DNA from: Adineta vaga
Lineage: Eukaryota; Animalia; Rotifera
Length of the DNA: 64,000 nucleotides
NCBI GenBank assembly: GCA_021613535.1
Contig: CP075492.1
Coordinates: 806,001-870,000 of the forward strand
Reading direction: 5' to 3'
The notes beneath the pieces are model-generated. The model was given only the letters and a program-made list of their open reading frames with translations. It had not been told where the DNA came from and ran no database searches. The position numbers were made by a program, and so were the translations under genes. The stretch's first letter is position 1. Each line of letters begins with the position of its first letter. Below are positions 1-13,644 of this stretch, one piece after another.

Positions 1-679
1 TAAGTAAATATTTATTTACAAGAACAGGAAAAAAAGAACGTTAAATATATCCCTGTATAATAGAAGAAAGTAATCTACGTATTCATTTAATAAAAGTAAG
101 TAAAGATCTTCGTATTTAATGACGATCAAAGACATATTGTATCATACGAAATATAATAAAATCTATCGAGTATTTAACCATAGAATAATCATTAGATCAC
201 TTATCTAGTTTTTTTTCTTATGAGAACTTTATTAAAAAAAACAAATCTTAATGTTTTCTTAAAAGTACCAGAATCCTTTTATACAGTTACCTATACGGTA
301 TACCTTTTAATTAGACCGAAAAACAACAATATTATAATAGGATATGAGTTTTCTTTTACTTTTGTACACAGTCCCACGAATTACAAAAAGATCGGGTAGC
401 ATTTTTCAACATTCGAGCAAATGATGGTTTTTGAATATAAATTTATAAGCAAGGAAGGAAAGCAAAAGCTTTAACCTTTCAAAAGTCTTTGAAAATAGAT
501 TTAATCTCGCTTTTCTCCCTATAATACAAGTCGTAAAATACTGAATTTGCCACACAAAACATTGATTATTTTTATTGTATACTGTTTTATAAAAGTTTGT
601 ACTTTTCATAGTTAAACTTAATTAACAATATTATGGTATTCTTTCAAAGCAAAACGTAAACAAACTTAGTATTTATTCC

Positions 680-3436
680 ATGTCTTCAAGCGAATCAGAA
701 ACAACAGAAGATGAATGGTTGTCAAATAGTGATTACAAAGAATTGTTCGCAGATTCAGATGAGAGACATCTATGGAATAGAAGTGATGATAACAAAGATC
801 TGTACAACAGAATATCAATGAAATATGAAAGGATTAATCTTGAACATTATCAATTAATTTGGTGTGATGATGAAACAGATATATCCACTAATAAGATTTT
901 AATCGATCAATTACGAAAAATCATTGATTATACACTATTATTTCATGATGTCATCGAATGTAAAAATTTTCTGAAGCAGACAAAAGATGTTGATACATTT
1001 CTTATTTGTTCCTGTCAATTTGCCAAAAAATTTATATCAAAAGTTCATAAAATGAATCATATTAAATGTATCTATGTTATTCATTATCATGGGCGATTCC
1101 AGAATACTTTAATCACTAACTTTTCTAAGGTATGTTTGCTCGATAACATTTTATTCGTTTTAACAAAAACGAACCCATAGCGATTTTTCTGTCCCAGCTA
1201 TATTCCTAAAAGGAAAATATTTCATTTTTTTGTGGATGAGTTTGAGACTAAGTGCGTAGATGTGGGTGACAGAGAGGGTATCGATGATGGTTTGGATGTA
1301 TATGTGTTCCTCATTATTTGAACTCGGCCTCATCGAAACCGGTACCGTCAAAGTGTCATTTCTGTCTTGAGCCAATTGTATTCTATAGACTCAAAGTGAA
1401 GGACATTTTTTAAAGGACATTCGTTTACGTCTTCGACGAGATTATGTCATGAACGAAATTGTTGAATAGAAATTACGTCAACACTTTTTTATTATCCTTT
1501 TGTTACTTATTATTGTTAGGTAAAAGAAATCAAAGCTACAGATTTCAATTGTTTATTAAACTATCTTAGCAAAGACGTCGAAAATTGTTTACAACAGGCA
1601 AGAAATGATCTTTTCAGTGAACCTACTCGAAGTAATTATACAACCAATGGTGATTATTGTTCATGGTGGTGCATATTCGTTGATATGATTTGTTATTTAC
1701 CTTATTCAGATCAATGTCGCGAAAGATTTATTGAAATTTTCGAAAATTATTATCAAAATAATGAAACAAATATGAAAACATTAAAATTATTCAAAGAAAC
1801 ATATACATCTGAAAGTGCTCTAACATGGTATACACGTAATACATTTCTTTTTCGTATTCTGAATAACATACTTCGACAACATAATATTTCAATGACATTT
1901 ACTTTTGGTTTCTTTATACAAGATTTGTTTAATCAGTTAAAAAAAGAATATGAAAATTTCAAATGTAATCATTTAAATCAATCAACTATGAAAGTTTATC
2001 GAGCACAAAAATTATCATCGAAAGAACTTCTATATCTTAAGGAGAGACATCAACGCTTAGGTAATTATGATGAACCTATAAATAGTTTCCTTTCAGCAAC
2101 AATGGACCGTTCAGTTGCACTTACCTTATTAGATATATCAGATGACCATCGTGAAAATGATATAGAATATATTTTATTTGAAATTAATATTGATTTGAAT
2201 AATAACACAAAACCTTTCGCAAATATTACGTCATTTTCTATGATTAAAGACGAAGATGAAGTTTTATTTATGCAAGGTACTCGTTTTCGAATTTATCATA
2301 TTTCATATGATGAAAATATGAAATTTCATCTTATTAAACTCTATTTAACTGATTCTGATGAAGACATTCGAATTGACAATTTAATTCATAGAACTACGAA
2401 GCAAATATTGAAAAAATGTTTGGATATAATACCACAAAAATTATACCGAGCTAAAGAATCAGAAATAAGTACAATTTTTACAAAATTAAATGATTTATAT
2501 CCAAGAGAACGAGAATGGTTTGAAGCAATTAGATTACATTGTTTCGCTAGAATGAATATGATATATAATTGGACAGAAAAATTAATGTTATCTTATTATA
2601 AAGAAGCGATAAATATTTATGAAATATATTTGAATGATCAAGAACTCAATTGTGGTATTAATATAGCTCTTATTCATCTTGATATTGGTTATTATTATCA
2701 AATTAGAGATGTAGATGATTATTCTCTTATAAATGAACATTATGAACTTGGCATTATTGTTTGTGAATATTCATTAATTACAATGATCGACAAAGAAGCT
2801 CGAATAAAATTATATGAAACAATACTTAAAATTTTTGAACAAAAAGAAGAAATTGATTCAAATTGTATTTCAGATTATGTCAAATATCAAGAATTACATA
2901 TACAGGAAATGTTAAATTATTCGTCATTAAATAAATGTTACATTGGAAGATATCTTGTTGAATTAGCTGATAGACAAAACTCATTATTTCTATTTGAAAA
3001 GGCATTGAATAATTATCAGAAATCTATTGAACTGTATTATTTAAGTAATCCATTGAAAACAAATATAATTGCTGATATTTATGGAAAAATTGCTGAAATG
3101 TATATTGAACAAAAACAAGATTATAATAATGGTGCTCATTTCAAGAAAATACAGATCGAATATTTATTAAAATTTCAATTTCCAGATATGTCTAGTTTCC
3201 AAACTGATTTAATTATTATGGAGCAAAAAGAACAAATTGGTGAAAATCAACTAGAATTAGCAGATCTTTATATTAAATTATGTCAATATTCATTCGCTCA
3301 TGATATTTTGAATGATACTCAAATGTTATATGAAAGTATTAGGGAAATTTGTAATGTAGAAGATCAACTGGAAAATATTCAGCGAAGAATAACTGTAGTA
3401 ATGCAGAAATTATTAGAAGAAAAAGATAGACAATAG
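680..3436 (+). CDS. ADP-ribosyltransferase (R-S-E clade) with N-terminal receiver-like domain and C-terminal TPR-like repeats; 2 exons, ~788 aa
   Basis: Exons 680-1129 and 1520-3436 join in phase 0 (AAG|GTATGT ... TTAG|GTAAAA), in frame with ORF 1685. ART motifs KVYRAQ, INSFLSAT, DEDEVLF. C-terminal helical repeats (EKALNNYQKSIEL, IADIYGKIAEMY). Confidence 0.85.
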
Positions 3437-4383
3437 AACTTATCGAAAAGTTTTAATAATTGATAAGAATTATTTTTCCACTCGATTAAACTTGTTTTTC
3501 TTACCTATGATCAGTGAAGAGAATAGAGAACGTGGGTGTCGATGTTTCTTCGCAATTTACACAGTCACATTCTGAACGATGTTCATCAGAGATTATTATA
3601 TGGCGCACCATTGATCACAATTCATAGATTAATCTGTCTAAAATTAACAAAATGAGACAATAATATAGGAAAGTTAACCGATTATTGTTACTGTTTTCTT
3701 TCTGTCTATGGCCTAAAACAAACTATGAATGAAAATTACTCAGAAGTAAAAACGAAATATCGTTAGTAATGTATATCTGTAAATATTTATCGTTTGTTTT
3801 TCATTCTAAAACAGAGGGTAAGGGTGTGGGTAGGAATTATTTTTGTATCCAGTTCCTCAGACACAAAATTGGATGAAATTTACTAAATATTTAAACATGG
3901 ATGAAATTCAGAATAGAAAGCATGTAAAAATATTTAAAAGATGTTTTATTTTCAAAAAGTTGTTAAAAGTATAATTTACATTTAATTTTGTTATAAGACT
4001 AATATTTTCGTCTTAGAATCAGCTGAATAGCTAAAACTGAATGATACTATAAAACCATTTGGGATGAATTGCGTATAATTTGATATCCAAGTACTATCTG
4101 AAAGAACAATGTTATCAAATATAAAGGCAGGACAATCAGTTCAATCAATTTATGTACCAAAAAAATTGTCTGATGAGAAACAATTTCATAAAAACTCGAG
4201 TTTTCAAAATCATAATTGATTATAGACCTTCGCTATAGTACTAAAAAATGGACTATGTGAATCATTTCATGCATTTGAGTTGTTTGGACTTAGAGAATAC
4301 TTATCTATGACTCATCTTAGATTACATTTTGCGTATATATTTCGATGTTGTTATCGGTGATGTTATTTCAAATTGAATAAAAC

Positions 4384-5166
4384 ATGTTATTTCGTGTATT
4401 CATCGCATTTGCATTGTTTTATTCATTATCTGCTAAAATATCTTGTTATGATTGTTCATCAGTACGTGATATCTACAATTATATAGTTACGACTGATACA
4501 ATACCTAGAGCATTCGGTGATTGTCCAATAAGGAAAAATCAGGATATGTGTTATATCAGCTTACGATGGCTTTTGACTTCGAATCAAACTGGAATCTTTG
4601 TTAGGTCAATTGGTGATGGAATAAAAACGTCTTTTTCTGAGCATTTCCTTGGTGTTTCTGCCGATCTTATTCGTATCGATGAACAACGACAAAATTTACA
4701 ACATTCATTTACTTATTTTTGTTTAACTGATCGATGTAATGATATCAATACATTCAAACGTTTACTATATTCATTAACTATTACTGATCAATTTGTTGAT
4801 ATTAAAGATCGATTAATACCAGTTGAACCATTTGATGGTCATTGGTGTATGATGTTTTCAAATAAAACATCTAGTGATCCATGTGATATGGAAATATCAG
4901 TTGATCCATCAAATTGTATACAATGTTCGACACAATACATGCAAGATTCAATAGGAAATCGAATGTGTGCTGGCTGTTTTACTGATCGTATTCATGCACA
5001 ATCCTTATTTCGTTATATTAAATTTGATATGATCGATCGAACATCTATTGATCGTTCGTTCATTAACTGTCAATCAAACAACTGTAATGGAGTTGAAACA
5101 ATGCAATTAATTCGAGAAAAAAGTACAATTAAATTCAATTTTGATAAATTTTTCAATGACATATAA
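4384..5166 (+). CDS. Secreted Cys-rich protein with two Ly6/uPAR (three-finger)-like domains
   Basis: Signal peptide MLFRVFIAFALFYSLSA; ISCYDC start; two CxxxxCN ends (FCLTDRCN, NCQSNNCN); intronless; AATAAA near 5192. Confidence 0.7.
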   Translation: MLFRVFIAFALFYSLSAKISCYDCSSVRDIYNYIVTTDTIPRAFGDCPIRKNQDMCYISLRWLLTSNQTGIFVRSIGDGIKTSFSEHFLGVSADLIRIDEQRQNLQHSFTYFCLTDRCNDINTFKRLLYSLTITDQFVDIKDRLIPVEPFDGHWCMMFSNKTSSDPCDMEISVDPSNCIQCSTQYMQDSIGNRMCAGCFTDRIHAQSLFRYIKFDMIDRTSIDRSFINCQSNNCNGVETMQLIREKSTIKFNFDKFFNDI

Positions 5167-5730
5167 AAGTAGATTAAGAATGGTATTTTAAAATAAACAT
5201 AAAACATCTTGTGAGTATGGGCGTGAATGAAAGTGTCAATCTAAAGCTACATAATCACCTACACCCATACCCTCACCATCTTGAATTTTACAAACAACCA
5301 CTTTTATTATTGATCTGATTGATTTATTCTTATATAATCATCGCTTACGGACAATTTTTTTACCATAAACTGCATAACATACAGTAGCGAATGATACTCT
5401 GTTCTATCATGTCAAATGCAACAAATGTCTATTTTAGTATATCATTTTAAGTTTATGTATACTGAATGCGAAGAGAAGAAGCTATTAGTAACCATTTGGT
5501 TTTAAATACTTTTATATGAAGTATAGTTTTCTTTCAACATTCTACGTCATTGGAATAAAAACTGTGCATTATGAAGTATCTGAAAAGAGTAAAATGCAAC
5601 AAAACTTGAGCTAAGTGTATAATGAATGTTATTCCCTGTCTAAAATCTATGTTTTTAGTTTTCTTTATATACGTCTACTCATACCATCAATTAGTTGTTT
5701 CATCGATTCTTTTTACTGAACGAAGTTTCA

Positions 5731-8544
5731 ATGTCACTATTTATCAGTCTGAGTTTATGTTTAAGTTTCACGATTATTAAACAAATTTCAGGTAAATAAA
5801 TCATTATTCTGATCAAAAAGATTCGTCATACTGATCTATAAATCTCTTTCATTTAAGCTGTTTCATATAATCAACCAAAATTTTATTCAAATGTAACTTG
5901 GAATCCAAATGCAACGACGCTTGCCAATGTAAGCAAAGTTGGTTCAGCTCCTTTTGGTATTTTTATCAATACAAATAACACAATCTTTGTTACCGATACA
6001 ATGAACAGTCGTGTTCAAATATGGATGAATAATAGTATCAATCCAACGAAAACACTCTCGAATGGTGTGTACTATCCATATGCTCTTTTTGTTAATGATA
6101 ATGGTGATATTTTTGTTGATAATGGTTACTATGGACGTCGAGTAGACAAATTTGCATTTAATTCAAACACCAGTGTTTCTGTTATGCGGGTTAATTCATC
6201 ATGTTTGGGACTTTTTATTGATATTAATGATACTCTATACTGCTCAATGTATGATTCTAATCAAGTGATCAAAAAATGGTTGAATGATAACACGAATAAA
6301 ACTGTCATTGCGGCTGGTACAGGTATTGCTGGAACTACTTCATATCATCTATATGCTCCAAATGGAATATTTGTTGATATTAATTTTGATCTATATGTGG
6401 CAGATTGTTATAACAATCGAATTCAACTATTTCGATCAGGACGATTAAATGGAACCACTGTTGTAGGAGCTGCATCGCTAAATACGACAATTCTACTCTA
6501 CGGACCTACCAGTATTATTCTTGATATTGATAAATATCCGTTCGTTGCGGATCAATACAATCAACGTATTGTTGGTTCAGGACCAAATGGTTTTCGATGC
6601 TTATTTGGTTGTTCTGGTTCATATGGTTCAAATGCAAATCAATTAAATTATCCAACAACTTTAAGTTTTGATAGTTATGGAAACTTATATGTCACTGATA
6701 AAGATAATTCTCGTGTTCAAAAATTTTCTTTAGCGACTAATTTCAATGGTAATGATTAAATGTATTTTATCTTTGATCGAAAAAAGAATACTTTTTTTTA
6801 AATATAGGTCAAACAACGAACGCAATGGCATCAACACAAAGTCAAACTTGTAAGAGAAAACAATAGTTGCAATAATAAAATAATGATAAAAATATTTTTA
6901 GACAAAACCACAGTAACAACAGAATTAATCATTACTACAACATCGGTACCGATAACGACAATGATATCGACAACAGTTACACCAACAACTAATCTAATCA
7001 TGTCAACAAAATCAATAACTACGACAGCCACGCAAATCACTTCAACAGCACTTGAGACAACACCTAACCTACCCACGTCAACAGAGTCAATAACATCGTT
7101 GAAATCAACAAGTATAACAACAACAGTTGCTTCAATCATCACATCAATATCAATAACAACAATGATATCGACAACAGTCACATCAACAACTAATATAATC
7201 ATGTCTACAGAATCAGTGACCACTACAGCCATGCATATCATTTCAACAATAGTTGAGGCAACAACTAGCCTACCCACATCAACAGAGTCAAAATCATCGA
7301 TGAAATCAACAAGTATAACAACAACAGTCACACCAACAACTAATCTAATCGTGTCTACACAGTCAGTAACTACTGCAGTCGGACAAATCATCTCATCAAT
7401 ACCCATAACGTCAACTATTCCAACAATAGTGAAGACAACAGCTAGTTTTAGTATGTCAACAGAACGAATAATCTCAACAGTAGAATCGAGCGCACGAATC
7501 ATAATGGTGACAACTCCAAAAATATCTACAGCTAATGAAAGTAAGAACTTCTGAATACAACTTTAAAGAGATAGAGAGGGAAGAGTGATCTCAATTAGTA
7601 TAATTCTAAGAGTTTGTTTTTATATAGATAGTGCAACAATATTAGTATCAACTATAAGTGCAGGTAATATCAAATTATACACTGTGATATTTAAACTCTT
7701 TGTGTGTAGCATTATTCAGCATGCAGACAAGTGAGAGCAGAGTTATTTCTACTCCAGATGGTATGTAAACATAAAGAATAATTTAACTTATTGTTCACGT
7801 TCTTTGTATTCTTAAGGCGGATCATTATTAACTTCGAAACCATTTCCAAAACATCCAGTTTCTTATTACAACATATCAATGGCGTCGTGTAATCTTCTTA
7901 AACCTTGTCAAAATAATGGAACTTGTATGATTCATACTAATACGTTTTTTGGTTATATCTGTCAATGTTTACCTGGTTTCAATGGTATCGATTGTCAACA
8001 TGATAATCGAGTTTGTCAGCCAGATACTTGTTGGAATGAAGGTATTTTAAAAGGAATATAAATTCTAAAAATCTTTTTTTCATTTTATTTAGGTATATGT
8101 AATAAAACATCAAATATGACATTTAATTGTATATGTTTACCTGGTTGGGAAGGTATTTATTGTCAAAGAATGATTAATTATTGTAAGAATGTTAAATGTT
8201 TAAATCGAGGAATTTGTCAATCATTATTACGTAATTATACATGTCGATGCCTTGATGGACTGTATTTTGGTCGCTATTGTGAAGAAAGTACATCTAAAAT
8301 GCGTTTCCTTCCAATAATTTCAATATCCATTGCTTCGACTGCAATTATGGCTATGATAGGTGCTGCATTATTTGTTATTATAATGGATATTTTGAAATAT
8401 TTTCTTAATATTGATCCAGTTGATCCTATACGCAGAATACTTCGAAGAAGAAAACAAAAACCACCGATTATAAAAAAGACACCAATCGCTATACGATTTA
8501 CTTATGTTAATGAATCTTCTACGGTTCAAGAAACTCATTTCTGA
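5731..8544 (+). CDS. Type I membrane protein: signal peptide, NHL beta-propeller, Thr-rich mucin stalk, EGF repeats, TM, basic tail; ~8 exons
   Basis: Approximate exons 5731-5791, 5858-6748, 6808-6850, 6902-7540, short exons at ~7630-7760, 7817-8041, 8093-8544. NHL motifs (PNGIFVD, LYVADCYNNRIQ, LYVTDKDNSRVQKF); EGF motifs (PCQNNGTC, CQCLPGFNGIDC, CICLPGWEGIYC); TM then RRILRRRK. Confidence 0.85.
6952..7380 (+). repeat. Coding tandem repeat in the mucin stalk (~201-nt period, just over 2 copies)
   Basis: ATGATATCGAC at 6961 and 7162; peptide ITTMISTTVT..TN.IMST.S.TTTA..I.ST..E.T..LPTSTES..S.KSTSITTTV is repeated. Confidence 0.8.
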
Positions 8545-9811
8545 AAGAGTTACGATTTTATATTTAACTTTTTCCAGGATGAGTGTGAGTGAGGAGTTTT
8601 TGTCTTCTCTCACAATCCCCTTTACCTATGCTCACTGATATCCTCAAGTTAACAGAATTCTCACTATTTCCCATCATTAAATTCTATTTTTGACAAGCCT
8701 TCATTTGATATGAAATTTATTATATACTATAACTGCTGCAATAAAATTATTTTCCATCCTGTATCTTGGAGTATATGAGCAGTTGATCGCGCCTATATCT
8801 AAAGTACGTAATGATACATTAACTGGTTTAGGTATTGAATATTTTGATTTTTGCCCTATTCATTCACTTTTTTTCGATCGTAATAAAATTTCACTTGAAA
8901 ACGTTTGGAAAATTTTAATTGATCATAATAAAATCAAAGTGAGTGACATCATTTTAATAGATTTGTAACTTACAATTCTTTTCTATTCACATTCCCATTC
9001 ACAATCATATAGAAAATAAAATCTTATACATTATAATAATAGAAATAAAATTAAGAAAGTCAAATGCTCAGAGAAAATAAAATTAAAAGTAAATAACATA
9101 ATTCATTTCAAGAAGTGTTTATTTTGGTAACAGTTAAGAACGTTCTTCAGAGACAGTTCTCAGACTTTTTGTCTTTATGAAAATGTTCTCGGAAAAAGTT
9201 TTATCATCTACAAAAAATATTCTTTCAACTAATTTATTATATTTATGTACGTACGATATTTTGAACATAGATGGCTATTCGATCTGTCTTTAAAGAATTT
9301 TATCTGTGTACAGTGAGTTAACTTAGAGGAAAAATAATTTCAAAGTGATTGTTGAAGACGTTATAGTGATGGATGATGATATATCATAATTATTCTTATC
9401 CATATTGAGTGAATGTTTACCATTATTATCGTCTTCATCATTCATATTTTGAACTAATATTGTTGACTTTTTTTTAGTAAAAAAACATTTTTGTGAAGAA
9501 ATATTTCGTTAAGGACATTCTTGACTACATTCGAAGAAGGTTTTGTATATATAACTGTTTTGTTTAAAAAGAAATTCATCATCAAAATAAAACAATGTTT
9601 ATTCTAGTTTGAGTAAATAAACTGACAATCTCGACTGTCGAATGTTTTGTATATCTATAGCTTTCACGCAGACAAAAGAACACCTTTTAATGTATATTTC
9701 TTTTCAACGTCGATTTTTTCGACAGCATACAATTTGGCAAAGCATAAAGAAATATAACATGTGTGTCACTTTTAACAATAAAACAAAAACTATTAAGATT
9801 AGTCCTTCATC

Positions 9812-10718
9812 ATGTCTAATACATCAACTGTAGAAGAATATTAATGTCCATTAACGCTTGATATAATGAATGATTCAGTTATAGCTGAAGATGGACATAG
9901 ATATGAACGATCTGCCATCACACAATGGATTAATCAGCAAGGTACAAGTCCTATCACACGTGCTCCTCTACAAATATCAGAATTACGACCAAATCGAGCT
10001 ATTAAAGATCTTATTGCCAAATATCGACAAAAATCTCAACGTCAAAAAACAATTGTGAGTGAAAAATAAATTCTGTTGCGGATTTTCCATAGTTTTCATC
10101 GGTTTTTAGCCGTCAGAAACATCTAGAATGCTATCAACTCCTCATGTTCCAACAAGTGTCTTTCTTCCAAATGTGCCAAACGAGATACTAACTTTGACAC
10201 GTCGATCTGAAACGAATGATAACTATTCACATTCAGATAGAACTAGACAAAACTATGGCATAAACTCTTGTTATTCTTCAGATTTGTTTTTATCGTCATT
10301 CAACAATCATCAGCATATTTATCAACCTCAAAATGATTTATCGAACATAACTGGAAGTAGAAGTAATTATGAACAAAGACAAAATATACGGGGCGAATCT
10401 GTTCATATCTCATCAAATACCATTTCTAATGATCATAACATTTCAACTATAACACTAGAAAGAGAAAGCAGAAGACGATTTTGCAATTTGATCTATCGAT
10501 ACCGTTATTGTATCGGTTTCTTTATCGCATTTATTATCCTTTCTATTGTTATCATCTTATCTGTTGTCTTGACAATTAAATTAAAACCCAAAACTACAAC
10601 AACAACGACGACCACCACCACAGTGCCACCCAAATCTAAATCATTTGATTCTATATATGTTGCTTTCATAATATGTTTTCTCATATTCTTATTTTATTTA
10701 ACATTTCCCAAAAGATGA
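9812..10718 (+). pseudogene. U-box E3 ligase with two C-terminal TM helices; in-frame TAA at codon 11
   Basis: ATG 9812 reads MSNTSTVEEY*CPLTLDIMNDSVIAEDGHRYERSAITQW..GTSPITRAPL, with TAA at 9842-9844. Phase-0 intron 10055-10109 joins ORF 10128. Then TM, poly-Thr loop, second TM. Confidence 0.75.
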
Positions 10719-11639
10719 TATCTTTCTTTGTTCGCATATCATTTTTTCTTCTTATGATAAAATCTTCGAACTATAGAACATATTTTCTCTGATATATTCT
10801 ATCTGATATAGAATGTAACGTGTGGTGTGAATGTATTCCATTATCAAATAAATCCGTCACAATATATGAAGTTCATTTTTGCTGTAGTTATTGTTGGTTA
10901 TTATTACTATTAACATGTTGATGAACTGTTCTCAATAATAAAAGCTAAAAAATATTTCTCTAAAATTACCCAGATAAAGATTAAACATTTCTTTTAAAAC
11001 TTCTCGCCCTGAGCCACATCCACTCCTCTCACCTTAGATTCAAAGTCGAGTTTTTTTTCTTCGATTATCTATCTGTTATCCTCTCATTTCAATGCAGACA
11101 CGTTCTTCTTATGTAATTAAATTTTTTGCTCAGTTTCTCGGAACAATATAAAACGGTTAGTGTTTTTTCTTTCTTTTTAATTTCTGTTACTTCAACGAGT
11201 ATTACTTAAATAATCACCGAAAAAGCTAATCATTTTATTTAATTGATTTTCTTTTGTTATGTAAAAACATGTATTTTTTGAAATCATAAATGATATAATT
11301 TGAGAACAAGATTTGAGGAAATTTATTTTAGTTAATAAAAATCTTTCCAAGTCTAGACATTGAAATTCCGACTTTCTGACTCTGACATCTGTCAAGACAG
11401 ATTTTAAAATAGATAGATAAACTGACATTAAAAAACTTCATGAAACTAATTTATTTTGTAATCTTATAATATCGATGAAAATCATAAAATTAATTGAAAA
11501 TTATGAGTATTTTTAACATCAATTTACATATTATATTATCTAAAGTAGATGTTCTCCTTTTGTTTAAGCTATACTCAAACTATAAATGACATGACACTCA
11601 TTCTCATTCAATGACAATCTGGGTTTTTTTTGTAATATT

Positions 11640-12450
11640 ATGTCACAAATATTTTTGAATAATAATACATTCATTATGAAAATAACATTACGAAATTCTG
11701 ATTCAATAATTGTAACTCTTGAATTTATTAAACAAAATTTTATTATTTATCTTCCACTTATTTTAACAATTTTTGGTGGAATTGATTTTATTGGAAATTT
11801 ATTTACTTTTTTCTTCATTTATTGATATTATTAATCTTTTACCAAATTATTTATATTCTCAATATGTAAATGTACTTTCATTAATAACTAATACTTATTT
11901 ATGGAAAATAAAACTTTTTGGTTTAGTTTTCTTACCTCAATTATCTGAAAATCTATTAATTTTATGTACAATTGATCGTTATGCTGGTACACGTCAATTA
12001 ACTTCATCAATACGACGTCTAAGACAATTAAAAATGGTTCCATATCTTATAGCTATGTCACTTTATGATTCAACTTTATATGATATTGATTCAATATTAA
12101 ATACTATTTTATATATTACTATTCAGGGTATAATAACACTATTTACAATGTTATCTATTGTTTTATTAACATATAAAAACATTCGATTAAGTCGTCAACA
12201 TGTATAGTCAATTTCTTTAAGTTAATCTTTTATTTTATCTGTTATAAATATTTTAGGATAGATTAACAAATGAAAATCTTCATCATCCTCAAAATTATTT
12301 TTCTTCAAATATTATGTATCAAGTTTGATTACATTACAATGAATTATATTTTACAATAACTCAATATGAAAATAAAACAATGGACAATTGATTTGGTTTG
12401 TTTTTCATCAACAGATAATTTATTTTATATCAACCCTCGACAATTAAATG
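11640..12450 (+). pseudogene. Degraded class A GPCR
   Basis: TM1 GGIDFIGN, TM3 CTIDRY; frameshift near 11810, internal deletions, stop at 12205-12207. Confidence 0.7.
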
Positions 12451-13644
12451 AAACACAAAATTAATTTTTTCAAACATTTTTAATGTTGATTTCATTGTAC
12501 AAATAAATCTCAGTTTGTATAGAACTTATTTAAGAATTTATGTAAGAAATGCGAAGAGAGATGCGCACTAATATCTAATTACTGAATATCACGCGGAAAG
12601 ATAATCATATAAATTAAAAACAAATAATGAAACTAAAATGAGATGTCACAGTGATTTATATACCAATCAAAAGGATAATAAGTAAGAGAAAGAAGATTGC
12701 CACGAATTTTGAGTTTTAATATTGTCAAATGACTTTTAGTGATAAGACATCATTTACTTGAAAGTATACGGAAGAATCTTTGATTTACTTCTATTCAAAT
12801 GAATATAATTTACAACTTATTTTCACTTTTATTACATACAGAATTCACTTACTAACAACATTCATTATTATCTATGGATATGAGTTCAATAAAAATACCA
12901 CATGGACTAACTGAAAATGATAATCTTTTATGGAAAGTTCTTAATGATGGATAAATGAAACAACTCAATAAAATATAATAGAAGATGTTTCTATTAGTGA
13001 AGATCACTGAAAATGTATTATTCAGAAATAACGACAACAATCAAGGAAAAGGAAATATTATTTATATAGACTTTTTCTCAGATGAGGATGTCTATCCTTT
13101 ATTTACATCCTCATCCTTAAGATTGATTTTATTAGACAATATCGTTAAAAAGAAAGCAAGAAAAAAGATATCACAATGGGAATTCTTAATTTATTCGAAT
13201 CTTTCATCAGGATTATGTATTTTTGAAAAAGAAACTTGAATCTCGTTCTAAGTCTCTTTTAAAGCTGTGCAGTGATTTGATACAGAATTTTATACTCGAA
13301 ATATCTTTTTTTTAAATACTGAATTCCAATGCAGAATCCTATCTCTTATATGAAATAAATAGTGTCACACGTAGAACGTAAATAATTAACAAGGAACGTT
13401 CGTCGTACCTATTAAAAAATGATGAAAACATACAAAATGTACGATATAAACTACGAAGGATACATAAGAACAAAAGGTATGAAATGAATTATTACCCAGC
13501 TTATTTTCACCCACACCTGTCCTCAAGATGATCACCTTTTTCAAAGAATATCAAAGAAGGAAGAGTGATGAATTTTATTTACCTTAATTGTACTTATATA
13601 TGATCAGAAAAAAACAATGTTTATAATATGTAGAAGAGACGTGA

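Noticed and set aside
6831-7502. 223-aa Val/Ile-rich minus-strand ORF
   Set aside because: Antisense shadow of the Thr-rich mucin exon.
8690-8990. Minus-strand fragment LRTLDIGAINCSY resembling a SAM-binding motif I
   Set aside because: Multiple stops and too short to support a call.
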